Shown here in pieces: positions 38,776 through 48,863 of a DNA stretch of 64,000 nt. The notes below the pieces were generated by a model. That model was not told the DNA's origin and searched no databases. It worked only from the letters and a program-made list of their open reading frames with translations. The stretch's first letter is position 1, and every line of letters begins with the position of its first letter. Source of the stretch: Candidatus Obscuribacterales bacterium (GTDB lineage Bacteria; Cyanobacteriota; Vampirovibrionia; Obscuribacterales; Obscuribacteraceae); assembly GCA_965228855.1 (NCBI GenBank), contig CBDDIJ010000002.1, forward strand, positions 2,176,001 to 2,240,000, written 5' to 3'. The position numbers and the translations under genes were made by a program.

Positions 38776-40770
38776 ATGAGCAATCGATTCTCCGGTTCGA
38801 TGGGGCGTCACAAAATTATCACCGGAGCGCTACTGATTGTAGTGTTGTCCGGAGCGCTCTGGGCGTGCTTCTGGGTAGTGCAAAACGATAGGAATGGCGT
38901 TCCGGCTGGGAAGCTCTTTGACGAGGCTATAATTCTCATCGCTCGCGAAAAGCGAGATGAAGCGCTGGAGAAGTTTGAGGCCGCGGAGAGTCTGCAGCCG
39001 GGCATCTGCAGGAGTCGCATTGCTTGGTTCAATGCAAATAGACATGCGAGTCAACCTGCTACGCTGTCTGCTCTTCAGCAAGTTGGTTATCGTAAGTTTG
39101 CAGGGATAAACATCATTAATGAGGCGGCTTCGGACTTGTCAAACGACGAGCAGGCAACTCTGTATCGCATTCGCCTCGCTCCATGGCTCTCTTCTCCGTG
39201 CTCGCTTCCGTTTGATCGTGATGCCATGGATATCCCGGAGATGGGGCTTTTCTCGCTATACGAACACGACAAACCGAGCTATGCCCTGGCGATGCTCGAT
39301 CGCGCAGCTGCGCTTTATTCATTTAACGATTCAATCTTCGACTGTGCTCAGAAAGTTTACTCTGAGCGGAACATGCAGGAAAAGCTTCTTGCTCTTCGAG
39401 CTAATCGCCTAAGTCGCGAGGATCAGGATGAATTGAGGAAGGTTTCAAATGAGCCTTTGACGACTGGGCAGGCTGCAATTCTGAATCGCATTATTGCGAA
39501 AAATCCGAAGAATCCGTTGCCACTGCTTTATCGTATCAATGCAGAGCTAGTTCGCGGTGGACTTTGTCCGACCCAAGCTGCGATTGACGATTGCAATCGA
39601 GTGATTGCGCTTTGCCCTGATCTTCCTGAAGGTTACGATGCGAGAGGGCGCGTTCATCAGCGCATGGACAAGCTCGAAGCGAGTCTGGCTGATTTCACAG
39701 AGGCGTCGAAGAGAATGCCCGATTGCATAAATTTGCTTAGAAGTCAGGCGACTGTTGCAAAAAAATTGAAACGTTCGAAAGAAGTTTTAGTCTATCTGGA
39801 CAGAATAATTTCCCTCTCGCCAGGTGACCTGAACGCGATGACCGAGAAAGCGGAATTCCTCTATCAGATTGGCGATTACGGACCGGCGGAGCAAGCCATA
39901 ACTCAGACTCTTGAAGTCGCAACTGTGGCGAAGAGACTAGAGAGTTTGGCGGGATATTTAGATTATTCCGGATTTTCAGTCGATTCTGGTCCGTTGTTCA
40001 CGGATAATGGAATAGGTGGTTTGCGTCAAGGGCTGGCGCGCGTGAAGGCGAAACAGAAGGAGTACGCGAGCGCCCTGGCAATTGTCGACGAGTTAATCAA
40101 GAGCGAGCCACAGTCCGCTAGCAATTATGACATCAAGGCGGATGTGTTGTTGCAGTCCAATGAGCCTGAATTGGCAAAGGCGGCAGCGATTCGTGCTCTG
40201 GAAGTTCAAAAATCGCCAGTTCAACCGGTTGCGACTAATTCGCTGTTTCCCTCTGAACCCGTCCTGACCCCGCCCTTGAATTTCCAACAGGGAATGCTAC
40301 CGACAGATGGTGCGATTGAGAGATACGAACGTCTTGCCACCATATACGATGCGCTACATGATAGCGCAAACGCTGAGAAACAACGCAGAAATAAGCTGAT
40401 GTTGTTGAAACTGAATGTTTACTCGGAACCATACAACGACTTCTTGTTATCGACCCTAATCGATTACGCCGATCGTTTAGATGAGTATAGAGCCGCCATC
40501 TGGGCTACTCGAGCATTCTGCGAGGCGAGTCCGCCTGCCACTTCGGGATACGACCCTCTGAGTGATCCCATGGTAAAGGTTTATAAGCGAGATAACATGA
40601 GGACCATTTGCCAAAAACTACTTGTATCCAAACATCCGGATTTCGCCTTTCGAGTCATCAATGAATTTTCGCAGTTAAATAAAGGTGATGAGACGCTTCG
40701 CCAGTTTCGTGAACAGGCATTGAAGCGCTGTGCTACTAATGCGCCCGCGACCCCTATTTCGAAGACTTAG
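38776..40770 (+). CDS. membrane-anchored TPR protein
   Basis: N-terminal TM; several TPR-like helical repeats. Confidence 0.85.
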   Translation: MSNRFSGSMGRHKIITGALLIVVLSGALWACFWVVQNDRNGVPAGKLFDEAIILIAREKRDEALEKFEAAESLQPGICRSRIAWFNANRHASQPATLSALQQVGYRKFAGINIINEAASDLSNDEQATLYRIRLAPWLSSPCSLPFDRDAMDIPEMGLFSLYEHDKPSYALAMLDRAAALYSFNDSIFDCAQKVYSERNMQEKLLALRANRLSREDQDELRKVSNEPLTTGQAAILNRIIAKNPKNPLPLLYRINAELVRGGLCPTQAAIDDCNRVIALCPDLPEGYDARGRVHQRMDKLEASLADFTEASKRMPDCINLLRSQATVAKKLKRSKEVLVYLDRIISLSPGDLNAMTEKAEFLYQIGDYGPAEQAITQTLEVATVAKRLESLAGYLDYSGFSVDSGPLFTDNGIGGLRQGLARVKAKQKEYASALAIVDELIKSEPQSASNYDIKADVLLQSNEPELAKAAAIRALEVQKSPVQPVATNSLFPSEPVLTPPLNFQQGMLPTDGAIERYERLATIYDALHDSANAEKQRRNKLMLLKLNVYSEPYNDFLLSTLIDYADRLDEYRAAIWATRAFCEASPPATSGYDPLSDPMVKVYKRDNMRTICQKLLVSKHPDFAFRVINEFSQLNKGDETLRQFREQALKRCATNAPATPISKT

Positions 40771-42070
40771 TTTGACTACTTTTCGGCTTTGTGGTCGACG
40801 ATTCGAGATACCCGTGCTTCTTTAGTTGCGCGAGGATTTCTTCATGAGCTACTTTCGTATTGGGAGTCTGACGCTTAAGCAGTTCTGACATTGCCAGGTC
40901 TTTCTGTCCGAGCAGCAGCAGGTCGGCTACGTATCCGATCAAATAACAATCCGGATTATGGGGCTCACTCGTAAACTGTGTCAGTGAAGCAGCTGCGTGC
41001 CTCTTGATCTGTGCCGGATACTCGCGCGTGCGTTCAACAAGCTTTCCTTGCTTATCGCTCCAACGCCAAAACTGAATTGGACCGCCGCTTCCGGATGTTA
41101 ACTTCGAATCCTTCTTCTTCCACAATGCCTTAGCAAGCTCGAAGTTTTGTGTGATGAATTCGATTTGACCATCATGCTCATGGTCCGCGAGGTGCGGCAT
41201 GACATTGCCCCATGCGTGAGTAGAGCATTTGAATTTTTTGCTGTCGGCATCGAAGTAAAAGATCATGTCGACATAACGCATATCATCCTGACCGTCATTA
41301 TCTTCCACTGCGACTCCGCAGCGCAATAGCACTTTGGGATTTCCTGTTTTGTCCAGGGATAGAATCACTGGACCGAAGCACTCCATCACGCGTCCGTTTT
41401 CTCGTTTCTCGTCAACTGAGACATCGACGGGACCGCTCCAGCCAACCTGGCCTTCGCGTTTAATTTCGAGTGTCCATTTGTCGCCGCCGCAGTTTAAATT
41501 GCCAAACTCGCATTTCCACTTGGCTGTTGCTGAGATTTCATCGGCTGTTGCGACGCGTATGGCCCGGATAGGTGGCTGCGGTTTCGAATCATCGGAAGCC
41601 GGACCATCGGCTGATGTCTGCTTCTTGTACTTTCCGCTTGATTTATCGAAATCGAAACTTTGATATTCTGGCTGCTTCGGAACAATCACATTAACTGTCA
41701 CCGTCGGTGGTGCTTTCAAATTTGCCGTGAGCCTGGGACCGGAAAAAAATTCAAAATCCGAAAATTTATGTTTGCAAACAACCTTGCCCTGTTTGGAGAT
41801 TTGCAGATTGGCATCATTCCGAATGTTTTGATTGACGCAGCCGTCAAGTGGAAATGCTGGCGCGTTTAGAACGACTTTTGCGTCAACTCCATCCAGCGAA
41901 GAAGAAAGTTCGGTTTGAACATTCGGGAACAAAAAGTTGTCTTTTGCATACCGAGTTAGATGCGCATAACCGCTCAGGGGCGGGCTCATCCAATACCCTT
42001 TGTTCTCTGCCGCTAGAGCCGGTGTGGTTAGCGTGAATGTCAGCAATAAGCTTATCGTCGTTCTTTTCAT
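40754..42070 (-). CDS. exported hypothetical protein
   Basis: Signal peptide ending PALA; beta-rich. Confidence 0.8.
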   Translation of the reverse strand: MKRTTISLLLTFTLTTPALAAENKGYWMSPPLSGYAHLTRYAKDNFLFPNVQTELSSSLDGVDAKVVLNAPAFPLDGCVNQNIRNDANLQISKQGKVVCKHKFSDFEFFSGPRLTANLKAPPTVTVNVIVPKQPEYQSFDFDKSSGKYKKQTSADGPASDDSKPQPPIRAIRVATADEISATAKWKCEFGNLNCGGDKWTLEIKREGQVGWSGPVDVSVDEKRENGRVMECFGPVILSLDKTGNPKVLLRCGVAVEDNDGQDDMRYVDMIFYFDADSKKFKCSTHAWGNVMPHLADHEHDGQIEFITQNFELAKALWKKKDSKLTSGSGGPIQFWRWSDKQGKLVERTREYPAQIKRHAAASLTQFTSEPHNPDCYLIGYVADLLLLGQKDLAMSELLKRQTPNTKVAHEEILAQLKKHGYLESSTTKPKSSQTKSSK

Positions 42071-42130
42071 GAATCGTATTGTATAGGTTTGCTCTCTGCT
42101 CGACGATAGCTTTCCTGCAATTAGGACAAA

Positions 42131-42229
42131 TCACAGTTTAAGGTGTTGGGGCGAGCCCGTTCGTCAATTGAATGCGTGCCCGTCCCGCCGGCACCTGACT
42201 GGAGCGTATGACTATCCCGCTCCCTGTGA
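42131..42229 (+). ncRNA. candidate three-way-junction RNA
   Basis: P1 TCACAG/CTGTGA; P2 AGGTGTTGG.../...CCGGCACCT with G.U pairs; P3 GGAGCG/CGCTCC. Confidence 0.4.
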
Positions 42230-42231
42230 AC

Positions 42232-42263
42232 AAAAAACGGGCGGCTCTTTGAGCTGCCCGTTT
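42232..42263 (-). terminator. intrinsic terminator, possibly bidirectional
   Basis: A6-CGGGCGGCTC-TTT-GAGCTGCCCG-TTT. Confidence 0.8.
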
Positions 42264-42281
42264 CGATAATGCGTCAGAAAC

Positions 42282-42392
42282 CTATCTGTTTTTAGCTTTC
42301 TCTTTTTTCTCAGCTTTGGCGGCTTTCTTTTCTTTGTCCGTCTTTGCCGGCTTCTTCTTCACTTCTTTTTTCTGATTTTGCTCTTTTCCCAT
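42282..42392 (-). CDS. 36-aa Lys-rich small protein (absent from ORF track)
   Basis: MGKEQNQKKEVKKKPAKTDKEKKAAKAEKKEKAKNR; GAGG RBS; terminator directly downstream. Confidence 0.75.
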   Translation of the reverse strand: MGKEQNQKKEVKKKPAKTDKEKKAAKAEKKEKAKNR

Positions 42393-42457
42393 GACCAATT
42401 CCTCGGATTTCACACTCTCTAAGAGTATAGAACACTGTTTCTGGTTTAGCACAAGGT

Positions 42458-44188
42458 TTATATCTTGCGATAGGCCCAGTATTTACGTTTTGAAGGAATA
42501 TCCAGGACTGACGGCTGGAACTGCCTGATGCCGCCAATCTCGATGTCCAGAGCCAGCCCGCCGCTATAAAAGTTGCGACGTGGCTGCAATGCCAGTTCTT
42601 TACCGTCCAGTTTTCTAAACATCTCAGTGAGCATGCTTTGAGCCTCCTCCGGCGGCGGCGCATTCGGGTCGACGACGGTCAATTGAGTTCCTAAATGACC
42701 TTTGCCGAGTGACAGGGCGGTTTGCTCGTCGCCGCCAAATTCGCGCAGTTCACACCAGTTGAGTGGCTTACCTGTTAGCGGTTGACCACCGTGCTTGCCA
42801 CCGCTTTCGGTGCCCAAGTGCTTGACGTTGTCGCGGAAAATAATAATTGGTGATAATCCCCCTTGAATTCTAGTATCTGACATCACAGAAACTTGAGAGT
42901 CTGACGTTACACCGATGGGGAACGGGTCTTTCTCTAGAACCCTGCGCGAAATTGTCCCGTCCTTTGCAAACTCATAAGCAAATTTTTCGAAGGGGCCCAT
43001 TTTGAACTGTGCATTTACCATGTCCAAAACCGCTCCCAATTTTGGCTGTAAGTGTCCGTTGCGAAGCCAATAATAGAAATGCTCTGAGAACTGATCGGCC
43101 GTGCCACCATCAGTTTCAGTCGCTGCCATTGTTGAGCCCTTATCTACTGGGAAGTCACCTCCTATGGCATCGAATGCGGTGACTTGCTGATCTTCGAAAT
43201 TGCTTTGTCGCATGAAGTCGCTCCACGAGAGCAGACCGGGAACTGGCGTTCCGGAGAAGCGAAGAGTCATGACGCCCTTAGGACCAATGTCTTCCATCGT
43301 GTACGGTTGAGCAAATGCGACGCATTTCATTCTGGATGCCGCGTCATTGCCTATCGCGAAAAAAGGCAAATACGGATTCTGACGAGCTACCTCACATTCA
43401 ATTTTCACGATTGAGTTAATATGTTTTCCGTCTGCTGGTTGGAATTCGGAATGACTCACCAGGCGAGAAGAAGGACCTAAGCCGGCGAAAGTAAACGACC
43501 TGTTGTTCGCCCGGACATCAATAAAGGGACGGTAATTTCCTGACTGTTCCTCTTCCTTTTTTACTTGCGAAAACTCCGCCGGCCGCGGCGTTGCAACAGT
43601 TGTCGTTCCTCCTCCTTTTAGCCATCCGCTCGTTAGCTTTACCGATTCAAGTCTGACATTTGCGGGAAGGTGGGCTCTTAAAAAGTCCTCCACATCCTTG
43701 ACTGGTCGGACTTCTGTTCCCTGGATGTCCAGGTACTTACCGCTTTCTCCTGCCAGCGATTCTTTGAGTGTGACATTGAGTTCTGCGATTGTCATTTCGA
43801 GTGAAGCGCGATCTCGGTCAGTCAGCTCTTGCATTTTTCGATTAGCAAGTTCGTTCGCGATAATTGTGTTTTGCCGAATCGTTCCGACGAGAGTGTTAAT
43901 GCCGGTTACTGGAAGCGGCTCTCCATCCCGCGCTCGCGTTGCTTTGCCGATGGGTGGATAGTTGGATAGCGAGACCCAACCGAAGGTCGGATCGCTAAAA
44001 ATGATTCGCGATATGTCGTTTGCGGCGACCAGCCCAGCCGCGTCAACAGCTGTTTGTACACGCTCTCTGTCCATAACATAAAAGCCTGTTTGGCTAAACA
44101 CCAGGAGTAGCGGCACCACTATCATGCAGGTGACTACCAGTATTAATGCGAGAACGTGTCCTTTGCTACTTCTTTTACATCGAGCCAT
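42458..44188 (-). CDS. Tad/pseudopilin-like N-terminus hypothetical protein
   Basis: KRSSKG followed by hydrophobic helix; VQTAVDAAGLVAA resembles TadG-like motif. Confidence 0.6.
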   Translation of the reverse strand: MARCKRSSKGHVLALILVVTCMIVVPLLLVFSQTGFYVMDRERVQTAVDAAGLVAANDISRIIFSDPTFGWVSLSNYPPIGKATRARDGEPLPVTGINTLVGTIRQNTIIANELANRKMQELTDRDRASLEMTIAELNVTLKESLAGESGKYLDIQGTEVRPVKDVEDFLRAHLPANVRLESVKLTSGWLKGGGTTTVATPRPAEFSQVKKEEEQSGNYRPFIDVRANNRSFTFAGLGPSSRLVSHSEFQPADGKHINSIVKIECEVARQNPYLPFFAIGNDAASRMKCVAFAQPYTMEDIGPKGVMTLRFSGTPVPGLLSWSDFMRQSNFEDQQVTAFDAIGGDFPVDKGSTMAATETDGGTADQFSEHFYYWLRNGHLQPKLGAVLDMVNAQFKMGPFEKFAYEFAKDGTISRRVLEKDPFPIGVTSDSQVSVMSDTRIQGGLSPIIIFRDNVKHLGTESGGKHGGQPLTGKPLNWCELREFGGDEQTALSLGKGHLGTQLTVVDPNAPPPEEAQSMLTEMFRKLDGKELALQPRRNFYSGGLALDIEIGGIRQFQPSVLDIPSKRKYWAYRKI

Positions 44189-44278
44189 GGTTTTGCCTTT
44201 CAAGATTATTACTTCGAATCGAACCGGAGGTACCCGCTGCGCTGCAAACACAACGCAGCGGTCCTCTTTCCCTACCGG

Positions 44279-45622
44279 TTAATAAACCCATCCTGTGCGC
44301 TTGCCGCCTCTCTTTACCGATCCTCTTCCAGGCTTCGGATTAGCTTTGGGCGGTGTTCCACCTGTGGCAGCAGGAGCTGGTGCCGGAGCTGGTGCCGGCG
44401 CTGGAGCTGGAGCCGGAGCTGGAGCTGGTGCTGGAGCCGGGGCAGGCGCTGCCGCCGGAGCTGGAGCCGGAGCTGGTGCCGGAGCTGCCACTGGAGCTGG
44501 TGCTGGCGCTGGAGCTGGAGCCGCCGCCGGGGCGGCACCACCACCGGTGCCACTCTTGTTCAAGTTTTGAATCAACGTAGTCATCTGGGGCTTGTCAACG
44601 CCATTTGCTGGTTCGCATGAAAACATGTAATCGTGCCACCATGGACCAGCAGCCCAATACGAATAGCCTGCCCATTGAGCGGAATTCGTATGCATGTACT
44701 GCAGCATCGCTGCCAGCGAGGCATTTGCTCCGGCATCTTGAGTGACACCAATCTCGGTGAGCATTGCTGTGCGATTGTTTTGTTTCAACCATGCGGTGAA
44801 ACCGCTAAGAGTTGCAACTGCGTCCGTCGGGTTCAAGTAGTCGGTGTGAGAACCTGAACCGTCGTAATCCAGGTATTGATGCACATCGTACGAGAAGTTA
44901 TTCAATGGATCGGTTATGTTGATCATTGCCGCAGCATTGCCGTTATTCACGAAATCTTTCGGATGCATCCAGTACGTCGATGGAACCAAAATCAAATTGG
45001 TCGCGCCAGTAGCTCGAATCGCATTAATGGCAGCCTGTGAAGATGCGCACCATGTTGTTGGTGTCATCGATCCACCAACCGGTTCGTTCATGAGTCCGAA
45101 AATTACCTTGGAATTGGTTTTATAAATGTTCGCAAGTCGTGTCCACACGTCAGCGAAGACCGAGTTGTCGACTCCGCCCGAGACGCCGATAGTCGTGTTT
45201 TTATACGCACCATAGTTGTGGATGTCGATAATCACAGACATCCCTTTGTTGGACATTTTTGTTATTACCGAATCCAATCTATTAAAATAACCGGTATCAA
45301 AGTCGCCTTTAGCGTTGGGCTGCAGGCGTTCCCACAAGATCGGAACACGTATGCATTCCATTCCCTTAGAAGAGAAATAATCGATCTCGCTATCAGTTGG
45401 AAAAATGTAGTGCGTTCCGTTGGTGCCTGGAACCGTTCCTGGAGTGAACTCTGCGCCCGCGATGTTTACTCCTTCGTAAATCATGCCCGAGGGACCGACT
45501 GCATGAGCCGGCGCTACAGACGAACAAACAAATAAAGTCAGTACCGCTATGGATAGCGCGTGGATTCGCTTGCAGCGAACCCGCGACGGCACTAGCCTGC
45601 GCCAACAGTTTATTCGAAACAT
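44279..45622 (-). CDS. GH5 endoglucanase-like glycoside hydrolase with Pro-Ala tail
   Basis: GVNIAGAEF, WERLQP, IDIHNY, MNEP (acid/base), HQYLD, TEIG (nucleophile), WAAGPWW. Confidence 0.92.
   Translation of the reverse strand: MFRINCWRRLVPSRVRCKRIHALSIAVLTLFVCSSVAPAHAVGPSGMIYEGVNIAGAEFTPGTVPGTNGTHYIFPTDSEIDYFSSKGMECIRVPILWERLQPNAKGDFDTGYFNRLDSVITKMSNKGMSVIIDIHNYGAYKNTTIGVSGGVDNSVFADVWTRLANIYKTNSKVIFGLMNEPVGGSMTPTTWCASSQAAINAIRATGATNLILVPSTYWMHPKDFVNNGNAAAMINITDPLNNFSYDVHQYLDYDGSGSHTDYLNPTDAVATLSGFTAWLKQNNRTAMLTEIGVTQDAGANASLAAMLQYMHTNSAQWAGYSYWAAGPWWHDYMFSCEPANGVDKPQMTTLIQNLNKSGTGGGAAPAAAPAPAPAPAPVAAPAPAPAPAPAAAPAPAPAPAPAPAPAPAPAPAPAPAPAATGGTPPKANPKPGRGSVKRGGKRTGWVY
44368..44535 (-). repeat. 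hexanucleotide-type coding repeat encoding (PA)n linker
   Basis: GGAGCT/GGTGCC/GGAGCC iterations on + strand. Confidence 0.9.
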
Positions 45623-46049
45623 ATATTCCCTCCAGGAGCTAACAGAGCCGTTCATCTGAAACTGAACTGCGATACGATTTCTACGCACTAGAAGTCAGAT
45701 GAATCGTGTTAGCGATCCACGTTAGTAAGCAACATTTCCAGGAGGTTACTTAAGTTACGCCCTCGAAGTATTGGCCGGTAACGGTTCTGAGTTTCTTTTT
45801 TCGTAGCTGTTCTGAGTTATTTTTTGACGGCTTTTCATCCCTCAATGTAGTGATCCGCCCGATGTAGATTTTCAAAACTGCCCGTCCGAAGGGTTTTTGA
45901 AATGCACTGCATCGACTTCACCATCATTGCGCGTGAAGGAATAAGGGAGCCGTCAAAATTTGCCCGCCAATTGTTAGAAGGGTGTAAGATGGTCTCTAGT
46001 GAAGGGTTTTGGCTTCAAATTTCCGTAACGCAGCTGGACGTATGGAAGA

Positions 46050-47306
46050 TCAATGCGCGGGCAGATGTTCCGTTGAGTTTAACGCCGCTACTAAATCGTC
46101 GAGCATTCCCTGAATTTTGCTTTGCAATTTTTCAGTAACTTTATGGCGAACAGAGTGCGCATCTTCCAAATATTCGTCGACGTAAATGCCGAGGTCTACA
46201 GGCTCCGCGAGTTTTACGAAAACTCTGCGGTCTGTCAATTGCTCCGGTCGTTTGATTCGATAAAGTTCCCGCTCAAGTTTCAAAACCACTTCCGCCAATC
46301 GATCATTCGATGGGGTCGACTCATAGTAATGTGGATGCCAACTTGCAAGCTGAGCCACTTCCCGCAATGTTTCGATGTCGTCTTGGAGCGCAGCTTTCTC
46401 TTTAATGTCTGTTTGTTCAGCCAATGATTCGCGCAGTTCTGCGCCAAGCTTCCACGATTCGTCAATGGCGCGACGATTGTCCGGAAGCGGTTGTGAGCCG
46501 TGTTTGACTTCCACATTGGAGAGAATTGCGCGTCGCGCTGCTCTGATCTCATCCTCTAAATCTGAAACCGAATTTTCATCTAATGTGATACCATGCGCGG
46601 CTTCCTGCTTTTTGAGCAAGTTTTGTTGAATCGCTAAAATCCGCCTTGGTAGCGACGCTTCACCTGGTGGCATCTTGAGCTGCTGCTCCATTCTGGCAAT
46701 GCGTTTTTCTAAAATCATCTCGATGGGTTTTTCGTGGTGATACTTAATTGCCATCGGTAGAATGTACGCTGTCCAGTTCGGATTGTCCTTTCTGTTCTCG
46801 ATAATCGCCTGGATGCCGATATCTATTGCTCCGCTGTGAAACGGTTGTACGACATCATTCATGTAAAAAATTTCGCCTTCCGGAAACACGACGAGAATAT
46901 CTGTGCCGCGTTTCATTACCTCAATTGCAAAGCCTTTTGCTGGAGCATCATGTGCGCCACGTTCGACAGAGAAATGACCGAGCCGTTGCAGAGCCCATCC
47001 CGCAAGTCCGAAGTTTTCGTCAAACGCTTCGCGATTGCACATTGAAATAAACCGCTTGCCTGACCGGCGCGACAACTCGATGACGACGCGCGGGTCGGTT
47101 TCGTCCGCGTGATTTGATGTCAAAACAACTCCGGCTCCCGGCGGCAGTTGTCGAAGGATTTCGATTTCTGTTTTTTGAACTTCGACTTTGTTTTTTAGCG
47201 ATAGCTGCGCGCGCACAACTTCCTGAGCGGTTTTGATAAGCCAATCCGCAGGGCGGGCTGGAATGAAGGGACGTTTGGGGCGCTTTGATGGCTGGGGCGT
47301 GTTCAT
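46050..47306 (-). CDS. PlsC-like acyltransferase (long form)
   Basis: NHADETD (HX4D), FSVERG, FPEGE. Confidence 0.9.
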   Translation of the reverse strand: MNTPQPSKRPKRPFIPARPADWLIKTAQEVVRAQLSLKNKVEVQKTEIEILRQLPPGAGVVLTSNHADETDPRVVIELSRRSGKRFISMCNREAFDENFGLAGWALQRLGHFSVERGAHDAPAKGFAIEVMKRGTDILVVFPEGEIFYMNDVVQPFHSGAIDIGIQAIIENRKDNPNWTAYILPMAIKYHHEKPIEMILEKRIARMEQQLKMPPGEASLPRRILAIQQNLLKKQEAAHGITLDENSVSDLEDEIRAARRAILSNVEVKHGSQPLPDNRRAIDESWKLGAELRESLAEQTDIKEKAALQDDIETLREVAQLASWHPHYYESTPSNDRLAEVVLKLERELYRIKRPEQLTDRRVFVKLAEPVDLGIYVDEYLEDAHSVRHKVTEKLQSKIQGMLDDLVAALNSTEHLPAH

Positions 47307-47591
47307 GCTGGCATTGTAGCGAATGCGCGCCACGAAAGGAAACAGTGCAAAAGCAAGGTTGAGCACAGTTCGCCGTAGATAGGCAACTTGCATTCGCCGA
47401 AGATTTAAACCGCAAACGCCTTGCAGCGTGGGAATATTCCCATGTTTTGATATTGACGATTGTATCTGTGGGACTTACATTAGACACAACCACTCTATGT
47501 ATCCCCGAACTTACATCGCCAGGCAATTCCGCGCCTGTCATGTATTTTCCATGCCTAAATTGTTGTTGCTCATCCATTAGAGATTCCGCCT

Positions 47592-48863
47592 GTGGTAACT
47601 AGATTTGAACTACCTTCTATAAAGGAAGGCTCCGACGTTGGAGCCCATGCGGCGCTTAGCAGTGGTCTGTTTGACAAACCTGCAGTCAGTGACGCGACCC
47701 CGCCGCTCACGGTACCGGCAAGTATCTATCCGGAGGCGCCAGTAGCGACGGCTTCGCCAATGGCCTTCGCCGGAGCCGATTGGAGCGTCGTCAAGCCCCA
47801 GCTGGACGGTGCTACCGCTATAAACTACTCTACCGCTTCGGAGAATGCCGCAGCAGGCGTGGAGCCCGACTACATTCTTGGAACGGACGGACAGATGCGA
47901 CCGAATCCGAAGAAGACCGCGCCGAACCCTGATGGCAGCATCAATATACAGATGGAAGGGAATGGTCAGCAGGGGAATCAGGATAAGATCGAAGCACTCA
48001 AGAGTGCCAGCGAAAATCAGAAAGCATCTATTCGTGAGATGATTCGCTATTTTCAGAAGAATAACCCGAACGCCTCGGTACCGACGGAATGGCTCTGGCA
48101 GTTGGATAAGCAGCCCGACCTGCCGACACCGTCTTCGAGCAGACCTGACACACCGGCTCCCACTCCGCGTTCGCAGCCACAACCGGAAAGTCAGCCACAA
48201 CAAGACTTCTCGCCCAGACGCAGCAGCGCTCCGTCTTCGCCGGGCGGATATCGAGGTCCAGGCGGTGGAATGTCGCCCGGAGCTTCTCGTCGCGGTGGTG
48301 ACAGCACTCCGAGCTATTCCGATAGACCGGCGCGTCAGCCGATGTTCCACACTGGCAGAGGCGATGTGCCTCCCCCTATTGCCGGCGACCTCGAGTTGAA
48401 GGGACCGCCCACAATCACTCCTGAGAAGATCGATCAGGTCCTCAAGTCTTTCAATTCTCCAGCGAGCGGACTCGGCCAGGTTATCTATGATGAGGGCGTC
48501 AAACGTGGCATCAACCCCGCGGTTGCATTGGCTTTCTTCGTACAAGAATCCAGTGCCGGCACCAAAGGTGTCGCGGCTGAGACTAACAGTTGGGGCAATA
48601 TTAAGGGTGACGGACCGGCAGGCTCGTACAAAGGTTTCCGCGCCTACAATAACTTTGAAGAAGGTGTGAAAGACTGGTATCGCCTGATAGACGACAAGTA
48701 TCTCGCTCCTCAGAGTGAGGGAGGTCGCGGTTTTAGCACCCTTTCTCAGGTCATCAGCAAATACGCTCCCGGCAGCGACAATAATGACGAACGTGGTTAC
48801 GTAGCCAACGTCAAGGGCATGGTCGAAGGCTGGTCCAAAGATTCAAAACCGGCTAACGGCTAA
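47592..48863 (+). CDS. protein with C-terminal glucosaminidase (lysozyme-like) domain and disordered N-terminal region
   Basis: GINPAVALAFFVQESS, NSWGNIKG, FRAYNNFEEGV, KYAP. Confidence 0.8.
   Translation: MVTRFELPSIKEGSDVGAHAALSSGLFDKPAVSDATPPLTVPASIYPEAPVATASPMAFAGADWSVVKPQLDGATAINYSTASENAAAGVEPDYILGTDGQMRPNPKKTAPNPDGSINIQMEGNGQQGNQDKIEALKSASENQKASIREMIRYFQKNNPNASVPTEWLWQLDKQPDLPTPSSSRPDTPAPTPRSQPQPESQPQQDFSPRRSSAPSSPGGYRGPGGGMSPGASRRGGDSTPSYSDRPARQPMFHTGRGDVPPPIAGDLELKGPPTITPEKIDQVLKSFNSPASGLGQVIYDEGVKRGINPAVALAFFVQESSAGTKGVAAETNSWGNIKGDGPAGSYKGFRAYNNFEEGVKDWYRLIDDKYLAPQSEGGRGFSTLSQVISKYAPGSDNNDERGYVANVKGMVEGWSKDSKPANG

Noticed and set aside
44368..44535. Dense short tandem repeats and several overlapping ORFs
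   Set aside because: Coding repeat for the GH5 Pro-Ala linker; no unique spacers, so not CRISPR; shadow ORFs are artefacts
45630..46049. c-di-GMP or other riboswitch upstream of GH5
   Set aside because: GGCAAA is present on the minus strand but the rest of the consensus and stems are not
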